DNA of 63,772 nt, filler included, from Chiloscyllium plagiosum (GCF_004010195.1; 4 parts of 2 records of this genome joined end to end with filler, not necessarily neighbours in it), one strand, 5' to 3'; numbered from the whole stretch's first letter, positions 1-12,090 are shown. Translations and numbers: made by a program. The notes: generated from the letters alone by a model not told the origin.

Positions 1-18
1 TTCTACAACTCAATGAAA

Positions 19-194
19 ATGTCTTCAAGGCCGAGATTGATAGATTCTTGTTGTCTAGAGGAATTAAGGGCTACGGGGAGAACGCTGGTAAGTGGAGCTG
101 AAATGCGCATCAGCCATGATTGAATGGCGGAGTGGACTCGATGGGCTGAATGGCCTTACTTCCACTCCTATGTCTTATGGTCTTATGGTCTTAT
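19..194 (+). mobile_element. CR1 LINE 3' end fragment
   Basis: Same 3' UTR as the copies at 14185-14350 (minus) and 20620-20785; ends in a (tcttatgg)n tail. Confidence 0.85.
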
Positions 195-555
195 AGTTAA
201 TGGTCCACAGTGCGTCATGTATGCTCAGTCTTGTTTTGCTAGATCTGTTCAATGTCTGTCCCAATTAAAAATGGTGAAAGTGCCACAGAACACAATGAAG
301 GTTATTCTCAATGTGAAGACAGGACTTTGTCTCCACAAGGACTGTGCGGTGGTTACTCTTACCGATACTGTCATGGACAGATGTATCTGCAGCTGGAAGA
401 TTGGTGAGGATGAGGTCAAGTAAGTTTTTCCCACTTCTTGGTTCCCTCATTCCCTGCCGCAGACCCGGTCTAGCAGCTATGTCCTTTCGGACCCAACCAG
501 CGTGATCACTAGTACTGCTGTCAAGCCACTCTTGGTGGTGGACATTGAAATTCCC
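195..555 (-). mobile_element. LINE (CR1/L2-group, second family) endonuclease fragment
   Basis: Minus ORF 265-450 has PRSGKNLLDLILTN...IGKSNHRTVLV, the APE C-terminal LDL/SDH motifs. Confidence 0.7.
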
Positions 556-639
556 CCTATTAATGACAAAAGAGACAGAAATTAAGTTAAAGAAGAAAAC
601 AATGCTATTTTATGGTGGGTGCATATAAATTCAGCCAGC

Positions 640-906
640 GATTCCACCTGAAATGGAGGGATACCAATATCTTGGGCGGAAGTGCTAGAGCACTTTGGGA
701 AGGAACAGGGCCTATGGATCAGAGTAGCTGATGAATAAGCAGATACAGAGTGCAGAGAGTCTGAGGAAGGATAGACAGTTGATATGGCAAAGTTACAGTT
801 AGTGTGATGAACTGAACTGGATGTGTGTCTATTTTAATGCAAGAAGTGTCAGAAGTAAGGGTGATGGATCAGTACTTGGAGCCATGATGTTGTGGCCATT
901 ATGAAG
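640..906 (+). mobile_element. Host CR1, part 1 (ORF1 end and ORF2 start), cut by the LTR element
   Basis: cacctgaaatggagggataccaatatcttg resembles ORF1 end HLNWKGTNIL (cf. 62056 ORF); then CVYFNARSVRSK...WSHDVVAI, which continues as ET... at 9327. Confidence 0.75.
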
Positions 907-1690
907 TGTCACAAAGCTAGTCCTTTTTTTTCTAAAAACTGTTCCTAGGCTCAAGGAGACTCTGTCCTTGACTTTTTTTCAGAGGGGTAATAAACCACGC
1001 TGGACTTCCATCAGTCTGGTTTGGTACAGAGATGAAAAGGATTTTGAGAGGCTTTTTGTTTATATGTAAACAGACGAGACTTCAGGCCAAAGTGGTCATG
1101 TTTTAGAAGTGACCTGTATAAAGAAAGAGGAGTGGTTAGCTCTCTAGTTGAGCAGTTTAATTCAGTCCAGTACTGGTTGGGAGTTCAACAGTGAGCTGTG
1201 TGGAAACTCTCTCTCTCTCTCTTCTAACTTCAACCTGTAAGCATGTGTTCCATTTGTACTAGTTTTTAAAGAGGTTTGCTTATTGGGACTGTTATGTGTA
1301 TTCGGAACAGCATACCAAAGTCTAAAGTCTCTGGCTCTGTTTATTCCATCATTTGATACTGTGGCCCACTTCCCCAGACTTATCAATCAGGACCAAGAAT
1401 TTGACCACAGTCATTTTATGGTGGTGCATGTAAATTCAGCCAGCGATTCCACCTGGCTGAGTTCTGGATAGACTGAGTTCTGTTTGGGTTCTTTATCCTG
1501 GTCTTTGTGTTTCATTGTATAATTTTGTGAATAAATGTTTGTCTGCTTTAATCTGTTTTAAACCTGGTAGTCAACCTCACTAAGTTACTCCTGGTAATTT
1601 TCACTGAACACTTACCAAAACAAATTGCAAAGTTAGGTCTAGGGCTGCCTGCTTAAGAATGTTTTGAATGGTCTGGCTTAGTCCATGACA
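907..1690 (+). repeat. 5' LTR
   Basis: Starts TGTCA and ends TGACA (inverted termini); collinear with 8365-9326; AATAAA at ~1530. Confidence 0.92.
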
Positions 1691-1691
1691 G

Positions 1692-1711
1692 ATTGAGGCT
1701 CTTTGTGGGAT
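1692..1711 (+). promoter_or_regulatory. Degenerate primer-binding site, tRNA-Pro-like
   Basis: attgaggctctttgtgggat directly after the LTR resembles TGGGGGCTCGTCCGGGAT; several mismatches. Confidence 0.45.
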
Positions 1712-2059
1712 TTTAAACAGCGAGAGGTAGGTGCTAGTGTCTTTATTTTAGGTGTTGGTTTGGTTGGGTTGACAAAGCTTGCGATAATAATGGCTCGTTC
1801 CATGAGGGATAGAATTTGGGCCAAAGAGAAATCCTCATATGGAAAGGGAAAAGTAGATCTCAGTGAAGATCATAAGGATAACTTACCGCAGGGTAAAAAA
1901 GAAATCTTTAAGGAGGACAAAGAAGTTATAAAGCTCTAGTGTTTTCATTGTAATAAAGTGGGCCACTCAAAGTCACAAGTTGGTGGGCTAGGAGAAAGCC
2001 AGATGTAGGGAAACCAGACAAGTCTGGAAGTTTTGTTGGACAAGTAATAAAAAGGAATT

Positions 2060-2454
2060 TAGACGGTATAGAGAATGCTGGATGACTAAAGAAATTGAGG
2101 GTTTGGTTAAGAAAAATAAGGAAAGACATGTCAGGTATAGACAGGATAGACCGAGTGAATCCTTAGAAGATTATAAAGGCAGTAGGAGTATACTTAAGAG
2201 GGAAATCAGGAGGGCAAAAAGGGGACATGAGATAGCTTTGGCAAATAGAATAAAGGAGAATCCAAAGGGTTTTTACAAATATATTAAGTACAAAAGGGTA
2301 ATTAGGGAGAGAATGGGGCCCCTCAAAGATCAGCAAGGTGGCCTTTGTGTGGAGCCGCAGGAGATGGGGGAGATACAAAACGAGTATTTTGCATCAGTGT
2401 TTACGTGGAGAAGGACATGGAAGATATAGAATGTGGGGAAATAGCTGGTGACAT
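2060..2454 (+). mobile_element. CR1 ORF2 fragment inserted in Gypsy gag
   Basis: ORF 2082-2429 WMTKEIEGLVKK...IKENPKGFYKYIK...NEYFASVFT. Confidence 0.88.
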
Positions 2455-3866
2455 TGGCTGTGTAGAACGGGCTATCTTCCAGAGTTACACCGGCGCCACT
2501 CCCCATCTTTCCTTCCGCTACATTGATGACTGTATTGACGCCACCTCGTGTTCCCACAAGGAGGTTGAACATTCATCTACTTCACCAACACATTCCACTC
2601 TGACCTTAAATTCACCTGGACCATCTCTGACACCTCTCTCCCCTTCCTGGACCTCTCCATCTCCATCAATGGTGACTGACTTAACACCAACATTTTCTAA
2701 GAACCCAATGACTCCCGCCTGCTGCAAAAATGCTATTCTGTATTCCCAATTCTTCTGCCTCCACTGCATCTGCTCCCAGGAGGACCAATTCCACTACAGA
2801 ACACACCAGATTGCCTTCTTTAAAGATCGAAATTTCCTCTCCCATGTGGTTGAAGATGCCCTCCAATGCATCTCATCCATGTCCTGCACCTCCGCCTTCA
2901 AACTCCACCCCTACAACCACAACAAGGACAGAAGACCCCTGGTCCTCACCTTCCACCCCACTAACCTCCGTAAACATCGCATCATCCTCCACCATTTCTG
3001 CCACCTACAAACGGACCCCCACCACCAGGGATATATTTCCCTCCCCACCCCTTTCCGCTTTCTGTAAAGACTGTTCCCTCCGTGACTACCTGGTCAGGTC
3101 CACACCCTCCTACAGCCCACCCTCCCCTCCCAGCTCCTTCCCCTGTCACCGCAGGAATTGCAAAACTTGTGCCCACACCTCCCCCCTCACCTCCATTCAA
3201 GGCCCCAAAGAAGCCTTCCATATCCATCAATGCTTCACCTGCACTTCCACACATGTCGTTTACTGTATCGATTGCTCCCGATGTGGTCTCTTCTACCTTG
3301 GAGAGACTGGCCACCTACTCACAGAACTTTTCAGAGAACATCTCTGGGACACCCGCACCAATCAACCCCAGGGACTCATGACCGAACATTTCAACTCCCC
3401 CTCCCACTCTGCCGAGGACATGCAGGTCCTGGGCATCCTCCATGCCACTCCCTTACCGCCCGACGCCTGGAGGAAGAACGCCTCATCTTCTGCATTGGGA
3501 CCCTTCAACCCCATGGCATCAATATGGACTTCACTAGTTTCCTCATTTTCCCTCCCCCCACCTTACCCCAGTTCCATCCTTTCAGCTCAGCATTGTCTTC
3601 TTGACCTGTCTCATCTGTCAGTCTTCTTTCCCAACTATCGCTCCGCCCTCCTCTCTGACCTATCACCTTCACCCCCACCTCCATCCATCTACTGCACTCT
3701 CAGCTACATTCTCGCCAACCCCACCCTCATCCTATTTATTTCTCCACCCCCGAGGCACTCAACCTCATTCCTGATGAAGGGCTTTTGCCTGAAACATTGA
3801 TTTTCCTGCTCCTCAGATGCTGCCTGACCTGCTGTGCTTTTCCAGTACCACTTTAATCTTGACTCT
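2455..3866 (+). mobile_element. Penelope-like element: RT C-terminus, GIY-YIG endonuclease and 3' terminal region
   Basis: RYIDD at 2516-2530; LKFTW...LPFLDLSI; CHRRNCKTCAH; VVYCIDCSRCGLFYLGETG...FREH; frameshifted. Confidence 0.9.
3771..3798 (+). ncRNA. Minimal hammerhead-ribozyme-like motif in Penelope terminus (mutated copy)
   Basis: CTGATGA-A-GGGC-TTTT-GCCT-GAAACATT; other copies read GAAACGTC. Confidence 0.55.
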
Positions 3867-4204
3867 GAATAGGCAAGGTCTTTTCTCTGGGGTTGGGGAG
3901 TCTATAACTAGAGGGCATGGGTTTAGGGTGAGAGGGGGATGATATAAAAGAGACCTATGGGGCAACTTTTTCACACAGAGGGTGGTGCGTGTGTGTAATG
4001 AGCTGCCAGAGGAAGTGGTGGAGACTGGTACAATTGCAACATTTAAAGGCATCTGGATGGGTATATGAATAGGAAGGGTTTGGAGGGATATGGGCCGGGT
4101 ATTGGCAGGTGGGATTAGATTGGGTTGAGATATCTGGTCGGCATGGACAAGTTGGATCAAAGGGCCTGTTTCCGTGCTGTACATCTCTATGACTCTATGA
4201 CTCT
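3867..4204 (+). mobile_element. CR1 3' end
   Basis: TRGH-type ORF2 end, 3' UTR and (ctatgact)n tail. Confidence 0.9.
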
Positions 4205-4696
4205 AACTGCTTCAGAGTGCACAAGATAATCAGAGTTGATTAAGGAGGAAGTGCCAGATCTGCTTAAAAATATACATGCAAGGGTAAAGCTTATTCACAT
4301 AGGCCAGGATAGAGGGTAAGGAGCTTACAATATTAAGGGACACGGGATCCTCTCAGTCTGTAATGCTGAAGGATGAGGAGGTATGCACGACTGAGGGATT
4401 ATTGCCAGAAAAGGTACTGGTAACAGGAATTCATGGTGAGACAAAAAGTGCTCAGTTTTGTAAAGTGAGACTAGAGGGTCCAGAGAAGAGTGGAGAATTT
4501 GTGGTAGGAGTAGTGGACAAACTCTCAGCTCCAGGAGTATAATTTGTCCTCGCCAGTGATATCGCTGATTCACTAGTAGGCTGCTGCCTACTCTAGTTCA
4601 AAAGCCAACTGAAGAAACGAAGAATGTTTCTCCAGGAATTTTGTTTAAATGTCACATTGAAATCTGTCTCTAGTTTACATTTTTGTGAAATATAAG

Positions 4697-5008
4697 CGCA
4701 GCACGGTGGCTCAGCAGTCAGCACTGCTGCCTCACAGCACCAGGGTCCCAGTTTCGATTCCATCCACGGGGGCTGTCTGTGTAGAGTTTGCACGTTCTCC
4801 CCGTGTCTGCCTGGGTTTCCTTCAGGTGCTCCAGTTTCCTCCCACAGTCCAAAGATGTGCTGGCCAAATGAATTGGCCACCCTAAATTGCCCATAGTGTT
4901 AGGTGCATTAGTCAGAAGTAAATGGGTCTGTGTGGGTTACTTTTCGGAGGGTCGATGTGGACTGGTTGGGCCAAAGAGTCTGTTTCCACATTGTAGGGAA
5001 TCTAATCA
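4697..5008 (+). mobile_element. HE1/V-SINE-type tRNA-derived SINE inside the Gypsy element
   Basis: A-box tggctcagcag, B-box gtttcgattcc, V-domain tgtgtagagtttgcacgttctcccc...ccacagtccaaaga, CR1-like tail ending aatctaatc. Confidence 0.88.
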
Positions 5009-6015
5009 TTTTGTGGTCACAAAATCACACAGGCACAAGCTGAAACAGGAGGGACTAAAAGGTGCAGGTAAGGGAGCTGACATAGCTTTATCCGAGACAT
5101 TTGTTTGATCAGATAAGTGGCACAGAGAAGGAGCAAATAGGTAAACATGCAAGTATCTTTAGCTCTGCTAAGCTGATTGAATTACAGCAGAAAGATGAGG
5201 ACTTAAAACAGTTATATCAAAGGGCATTTACAGAGAAGGAGAGTGAATGCATCCCTGTGTGTTATTACTTAGAAAATGATGCCTTAATGAAGAAATGGAA
5301 ACCATCACACATTCAAGCAGATGAGAAATGGACAGAGATTCATCAAATTGTTTTGCCAGTCAGGTATAGAAAGGAGGTGCTCCGAATGGCGCATGAGCTA
5401 CCACTTGGAGGTCAATTAGGGGTGAGGAAAACACTGGCTAAAATACAATGACATTTTCACTGGCCTGGACTACACAAAGATTTCATTGAATTTTGTCAAC
5501 CATGTCATACAGGTCAGCGAATCGGAAAACCACAGGCAGTAATAAAACCTGCACCTTTAATACCCATTCCAGCATTTGAGGAACCTTTCACAAGAGTCTT
5601 GATTGATTGCGTAGGTCCCCTACCTCAAACAAAGTGGGAATAAGTATTTATTAACAATAATGGATGTGTCAACTAGATTTCCAGAAGCAATCCCATGATG
5701 TAACATCACAGCAAAAAGGGTTGTAGAAGAATTACTTAAATATTTTACTAGATACATACTACCAATAGAGATCCAGTCAGATCAAGGATCAAACTTCACA
5801 TCCAAACTATTCAAGGAGGTTATAGATAACTTGGGAATAAAGCAAATCAAATCTACTGTGTACCATCCAGAATCGCAGGGAGCTCTAGAGAGATGGGATC
5901 AAACACTGAAGACTAGGATGAGGACTTATAGTCGGGATTATCCAGATGATTGGAATAAGGGAGTTCCGTTTATACTTCTTGTGATCCGAGATGGACCAAA
6001 TGAATCGACCACATT

Positions 6016-6083
6016 TGGATTGGCTCAGGCTTGGAGCGCCGAAGGGCCTGTTCCTGGGCTGTAAATTTTCTTTGTTCTTTGTT
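6016..6083 (+). mobile_element. Severely 5'-truncated CR1 tail insertion in the integrase
   Basis: gccgaagggcctgttcctgggctgtaaattttctttgttctttgtt flanked by TSD cacatt (6010-6015, 6084-6089). Confidence 0.8.
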
Positions 6084-6218
6084 CACATTCAGTCCTTTTC
6101 AATTACATTTTGAGATGAAGTAAGAGGACCATTAAAATTAATTAAGGAGAATTTAATAAGTCAGAATTCAGAGACCATCCATTTGGACTTTGCATCAAAT
6201 TTAAGAGAATGATTAAAT

Positions 6219-6481
6219 AGAGCTGGAGAGTTGGCTAGACAGCATTTATCACAGCATACAATGAAACACAGAAGCGGATAAGAAATCACAAATTCACAAT
6301 CTTGCAATTGGGGATAAAGTATTGGTGTTACTTCCAGTAACAGGTGAGTCAGAGCTGGAGAGTTGGCTAGACAGCATTTATCACAGCATACAATGAAACC
6401 ACAAGCGGATAAGAAATCACAAATTCACAATCTTGCAATTGGGGATAAGGTATTGGTGTTACTTCCAGTAACAGGTGAGTC
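6219..6481 (+). repeat. Tandem duplication of ~132 bp within the integrase C-terminus
   Basis: 6219-6350 and 6351-6481 both start agagctggagagttggctag and end caggtgagtc; nearly identical. Confidence 0.95.
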
Positions 6482-6812
6482 TTTAAAAACAAGGTTTAGT
6501 GGACCATATCAAATTGAGAGGAAATTGAGTGAGGTAAACTTCTTGATAAGGACTCCAGACAGGAAGAAATCTCACAGAGTGTGTCATGTGAATATACTCA
6601 AAAGGTATTTTGATAGGGAAGGAAAGCAAGAGGAGAAGGTGTTAATGATTACAGCACAGAAGGAAGAACCAAGTTCAGAGGATTCTGAATTGGACATTCC
6701 TCAAATCAAATTGGACAATGAGGAAGTTGTCAAAAATTGGGATAAGTTATTGAGTTACCTTCCACAAGAAAATTGAACTGACCAGAAAGAGTTATTACTA
6801 TCACATGGGGAG

Positions 6813-8119
6813 ATGTGTGGAAATAAACTGGGAAGTATTAACCTAATTGTGCAAGATGTAGATATAGGAGATGCTGTTCCCATTAAGCAACATCCTTATA
6901 GGCATAACTCTCTAAAGTTGGCACAGATTCAGAAGGAGATAGAGCACATGCTCCAAGATGGCATAATCGAAGTGAGTTACAGTGACTGGAGCTCACCCAT
7001 AGTCATGGTGCCCAAACCAGATGGTACCCAACGGTTATGTGTGGATTATGGCAAAGTCAACACCGTTACAAAGACTGATGCATATCCAATTTCACAGTTG
7101 GAGGGCAAAAAAGTGGGACAAGCAACTTACATTTCTAAGTTGGACTTGCTCAGAGGCTACTGGCAAGTACCTTTGTCAGAGATAGCAAAGGCAGTTTCGG
7201 ATTTCGTAAAACCAAATGGACTACATCAGTTTAAAGTCATGCATGCCATTTGTTATGAAAAATGCTCCAAACTCATTTCAGAGACTGACTATTAAGATTA
7301 TTGCTGAATTACCCAACTGTGTGGTGTATATTGATGATGTGGTGATTTTTAGTCACTCATGGAAGTAATATTCACAGCATTTATTGGATTTGTTTGATCG
7401 ACTTCGGAAGGCGGGCTTGGTGGTAAACCTAGCTAAAAGTGAATTTGCCACAGCCCAGGTCACCTTCCTGGTCCATGTTATTGGACATGGACAAATGGCC
7501 CCACGAGATACAAAAACAAAAGTAATTGGGGAATTTCCCACACCGTTGATGAAAAACGCAATACTTATGGTTCCTGGGATTGAGTGGGTTCTACCAAAGG
7601 CTTGTGCCGAAATTTAGCAGTGTGGCCGCTCCACTCACTCAATTGTTAAATAAAGAGTAAGAAGTTTCAGTGGGCAGCAGACTGTCAAAAGGCATTTGAC
7701 AGCCTAAATACTGTGTTAATCACTGCCCCAAGATTAGTGACACCTGATTATATGGAGCCTTTCATGGTGGTTATCAATGCCAGTGATGTGGGTGTCAGTG
7801 CAGTGTTCAGCAGGCAGATGACAAGCGAATAGAAAGACCCATTGGGTATTTTTCCAGGAAGTTTAACGTTCATCAAGAGAAATATTCAATGGTGCAGAAA
7901 GAGACTTTGAGTTTGGTGCTGGCATTACGACATTTCAGTGTTTGTATTACCAGCATTGCATCTGAGACAATTGTAGACACTGATCATAATCCAATAACAT
8001 TTGTGGAAAAATTTAAGGACAAAAATGCCAGACTGTTGTTACAGCCATTCAATTTGATAATTGTGCATGTGGCAGGTCACAAAAATGTGATTGCTGATGC
8101 ATTATCAAGACTCGAATAA
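6813..8119 (+). pseudogene. Gypsy reverse transcriptase and RNase H
   Basis: PIKQHPYR, WSSPIVMVPKPDG, RLCVDY, KLDLLRGYWQVPL, VYIDDV (~7325-7342), NASDVGV, DTDHNPI, NVIADALSR. Confidence 0.9.
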
Positions 8120-8364
8120 GATGCAGAGGCATTCGGTGGTGGGTGTACCGCAGCCTGAATTTGCATGGGGTTGTGCATGTTTGATTGTTTATTGTTAGTA
8201 TAATGTATATGTGTGTTTAGATTAGAGTGGTTTAGACTCTGGTTTCTAGCATCTGCAGTCATTGTTTTTACCTATATGTGTGTTTAGTCTACTTACTGTT
8301 TTTGAAAGGATAAAAATGAAGCCATCTTTTGGTATTGATGGTTCTTTTTTTTTAAAAGGGGAGG

Positions 8365-9326
8365 TGTCACAAAGGTAGTCTTTTTTTTTCCAAAAGCTGT
8401 TCCTTGGCTCAAGGAGACTTTGTGCTTGAGTTTTTTCAGAGGGATAATAAACCGGGCTGGGCTCCGATCAGTCTGGTTTGGTACTGAAATGAAAAGGATT
8501 TTGAAAGGCCTTTTGTTTATATGTAAGTCAATGAGACTTCAGGCCAAAGTGGTCATGTTTTAGAAGTGACCTGTATAATGAAAGGGAAGAGGTCAGTTAT
8601 CTGAGCTGAGCTGTTTAGTTCAGTTCAGTACAGTTTGGGAGTTCAACAGTGAGCTGTGTAAAAACTCTCTCTGTCTCTTCTAACTTCAACCTGTAAGCAT
8701 ATATTCTATTTGTACTGGTTTTTAAAGGCGTTTGCTTATTGGGACTGTTGTTTATATTCAGAACAGTATAGATTAGATTAGATTCCCTACAGTGTGGAAA
8801 CAGGCCCTTTGGCTCAACTAGACAACATCGACCCTCCGAAGAGTAACCCATCCAGACCCATTCCCCATATTTACCCCTGACGAACACACCTAACTCTAGG
8901 GGCAATTTAGCATGGCCAATTCACCTAGCCTGCACATCTTTGGACTGTGGGAGGAAACCAGAGCACCTGGAGGAAACGCAGACACAGGGAAAATGTGCAA
9001 ATTCCACACAGACAGTTGCCCGAGGCTGAATCGAACCCGGGTCCCTGGTGCTGTGAGGCAGCAGTGTTAACTACTGAGCCACCATGCCACCATACTTCAG
9101 TCTAGTTTGGATAGACTGAGTTCTGTAGGAGTTCTTTATTCTGTTCTTTATATTTCATTGTGTAATTTTGTGAATACATTTTTTTGTATGTTCTAAACCT
9201 GGTAGTCAACTTTGCTAACATAATCCGGGCAATTTTCATTGTACACTTACCGAAAATAATTGCAAAGTTATGGTCTGGAGCTGCCTGCTTAAGAATATTT
9301 TGAGAGGTCTGGCTTAGTCCATAGCA
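8365..9326 (+). repeat. 3' LTR (interrupted by a SINE)
   Basis: Starts TGTCACAAAG after the PPT and ends gtccatagca; homologous to 907-1690. Confidence 0.92.
8771..9090 (-). mobile_element. HE1/V-SINE-type SINE in the 3' LTR
   Basis: Reverse-complement SINE with (agatt)n tail at 8771 and tRNA-like head at ~9030-9090; absent from the 5' LTR. Confidence 0.9.
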
Positions 9327-12090
9327 GGAGACTTTGATGTCATAGGAGCAGGAATAGTTGTTGGATGTTCCAGTGTTTAGATGTTTCAAAAGGAATCAGG
9401 AAGGAGGTAAAAAAGATTTGGGAGTAGCATTGCTAATCAGGGATAGTATCACAGTTGCAGAAAGGAAGGTCATTGAGGAGGGTTTGTCGACTGAGTCAAT
9501 ATGGGCAGAAGTCATAAACAGGAAAGGAACAGTCACTTTATTGGGAGTTTTCTGCAGAGACATGGGGAGCAGTTTGGGAGGCATGAGTGACTTCAACTTC
9601 CCCAATATTGATTGGAGCCGACTTCGTGCAAATAATTTGGATGGATTTTGGCAGGTGTGTCAAAGAAGGATTCCAGACTCAATATGTAGATAGGCCGACT
9701 AGAGGGGAGGCCATATTGGATTTGGTGCTTTGCAACGAACCAGGTCAGGTATCAGATCTCTGGATGGGAGAGCATTTCAGTGATAGTGATCAGAACTCCC
9801 TTACCTTTACTATATTCATGGAGAGGGATAGGAACAGATGGCATGGGATAGTATTTAATTGGGGGAGGGGAAATTACAATGCTGTTAGGCAGGAACTGGG
9901 GCACCTAAATTAGGAACAGATGTTCTCAGGAAAAATGCACAACAGAAATGTGGAGGTTGTTCAGGGAGCACTGGCTGCGAGTGCTGGATAAGTTTCTCCC
10001 ACTAAAGCAAGGAAGGGATGGTAGGGTGAAGGAATTTTAGATGACAAGAGATGTGGAACATCTAGTCAAGAGGAAGAAGGAGGCTTACTTAAGGTTGAGG
10101 AGGCAAGAATCAGATAGGACGCTAGAGGGTTACAAGATAGCCAGGAAGGAACTTAATAATGGACTTAGGAGAGTTGGAAGGGGGCATGAAAAAGCTTTAG
10201 TGGGTAGGATTAAGGAAATTCACAAGGTGTTCTACACATATGTGAGGAACCAGAGGATGGCCAGAGCGAGGATATGTCCGATCACGGATAGTCGAGGGAA
10301 CTTATGCCTGGAGTCAGAGGAGGTAGGAGAAGTCCTTAATGAATGCTTTGCTTTAGTATTCACTACTGAGAGGGACTAGTCGTTTGTGAGGTCAGCATGA
10401 AACAGGCTGATATGTTCAAACAAATTGATGTTAAAAAGGAGGATGCACTGGAAACCTTGAAACATAGAAGAATAGAAAAGTCTTCTGGGCCAGACGGGAT
10501 GTAAACAGTTACTACAGGAAGTGGGAGACAAGATTGCTGCACCTTTGGTGATGATCTTTGCATTCTCACTGTCCACTGGAGTAGTACCAGATGATTGGAG
10601 GGTGGCAATGTTATTCCCTTGTTCGAAAAAGGGAATAGGGATAACCCTGGGAATTACAGACCAGTCAGTCTTATGTCGGTGGTGAGCAAAGTATTGGAGA
10701 GGATCCTGAGAGACAGGATTTATGATTACTTGGAAAACTATCATTTGATCAGAGATGTTTGTGAGAGTCATGCCTCACAAGTCTTACTAAATTCTTTGAG
10801 GATGTGAAAAAACACATTGACCAAGGTAGAGTAGTGGATGTGGTGTATATGGATTCTAGCAAGGCTTTTGATGAGGTTCCCCATGGTAGGCTCCTTCAGA
10901 AAGTAAGGAGGCATGAGACACAGAGAAATCTGGCTGTCTGGATACAGAATTGGATGATCCATAGAAGACAGAGGGTGGTAGTAGATGCAAAGTATTCAGC
11001 CTGGAGATCAGGTGAATAGTGGTTTCTGCAGGGATCTATTCTGGGACTTCTGCTCTTTGTGATTTTTATAAATAACTTGGAGGAGGAGTGGAAGGGTAAA
11101 TTAGTAAGTATCCCAATGATATAAAGATTGGTGGAGTTGTGGATAGTGTGGAGAGCTGTTGTAGGTTGCAGTGGGACATTGACAGAATGCAGAACTAGGC
11201 TGAGCAGTGGCAGATGGAATTCAACCTGGAAAAGTATGAAGTGATTCATTTTAGAAGGCTGAATTTGAATGCAGATTACAGGGTTAAAAGCAGGATTCTT
11301 GGAAGTGTGGAGAAACAGAAGGATCTTGGGGTCCACGTTATGAAGATGCTGCTCCTTTAACAAGGCTGTGTTGTCGTTAGTTTTTTTTTTCAGAAAGGTT
11401 GTAAAAGACTCAGACTCCGAAAAGTCTGGATTTCCATGGTTTGTTGTTTTAGTTTGATTACAGTTAACAGATACTGCCTCAGAACAAAGGCTTTCAAGTT
11501 TAAAAAAAAACACTTTTGCAATGAAAGGGGAATGGCCAGTTCTCAGCTTCTCTCTGGTTTGGTTTGGTTTTTAGCAGTAGTATGAAAAAGCTGCTGGACC
11601 CAAAGAAGCAGATCCATGCTGATCCTCCTCTCTCTCTGATATCTCCCCTGTGAGACCCTGGGTTTGATTTTACCTTTTGTGCCAAGGGATGTTTATGGGA
11701 ATTATTGCAAGTTTTGGGAACAGTATCATTAAGTCGGGATAATCTGATGGGTTTTCAGATAGGTTAAGTTATTCAGTATTCTGTTCATTTTTGTTTGTGT
11801 TTCATTCAGTAATCTTGTAAATAGATCTGTTTAAAACTAGGTGGTTTCACCAAAGACATCCCTCCTGGAATATCCACTCTACATCTGCTTAAAACAACTG
11901 GCAAAGTTAGGGTCTGGGCTATTTTCTTGAAATGTTTTGAGGGGATCTGGCCTGTCCATAACAACATCCATAGATCCCTCAAAGTTGCCACTCAAGTTGA
12001 TACAGTTGTTAAGAAGGTGTAGGGTATGTTGGCTTTCATTACCAAGGGGATTGAGTTTAAGAACTGTGAGGTTATGCTGTAGCTCTGCTG
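9327..12090 (+). mobile_element. Host CR1 ORF2, parts 2-3 (APE and RT), interrupted by a solo LTR
   Basis: GVALLIRDSI, DFNFPNIDW, PTRGEAILDLVL, PGNYRPVSLMS, VDVVYMDSSKAFDEVPH; resumes at 11964. Confidence 0.9.
11337..11963 (+). mobile_element. Solo LTR of a related Gypsy family
   Basis: Interrupts CR1 at gtccac/acatccatag; starts (t)gttatg and ends gtccataaca; 3' ~90 bp similar to the ends of the 907 and 8365 LTRs. Confidence 0.78.

Larger units (their letters stand above)
5380..6610 (+). pseudogene. Gypsy integrase (HHCC-like zinc-binding region, core, C-terminal GPY/F region)
   Basis: HELPLGGQLGVRKT..F.WPG....FCQPCHT; EPFTRVLIDCVGPLP; QSDQGSNFTS; YHPESQGALERW; RFSGPYQI. Confidence 0.88.
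907..9326 (+). mobile_element. Decayed Gypsy-family LTR retrotransposon, Gmr1-like (integrase upstream of RT)
   Basis: Paired LTRs 907-1690 and 8365-9326; degenerate PBS ~1692-1711; PPT aaaaggggagg 8354-8364; 4-bp TSD gaag/ggag; gag knuckle CFHCNKVGH ~1940; protease LRDTG 4333-4347; IN ~5380-6600; RT ~6830-7600; RNase H ~7760-8119; many stops and frameshifts. Confidence 0.92.

Noticed and set aside
2730..3800. 356-aa host gene
   Set aside because: Frameshifted Penelope sequence; only the middle is in the true GIY-YIG frame
4697..4770. tRNA genes at SINE heads (also 9030-9090, 12411, 34158, 43490-43563, 51431)
   Set aside because: A/B boxes run on into the V-domain and LINE tail; no complete cloverleaf or terminator
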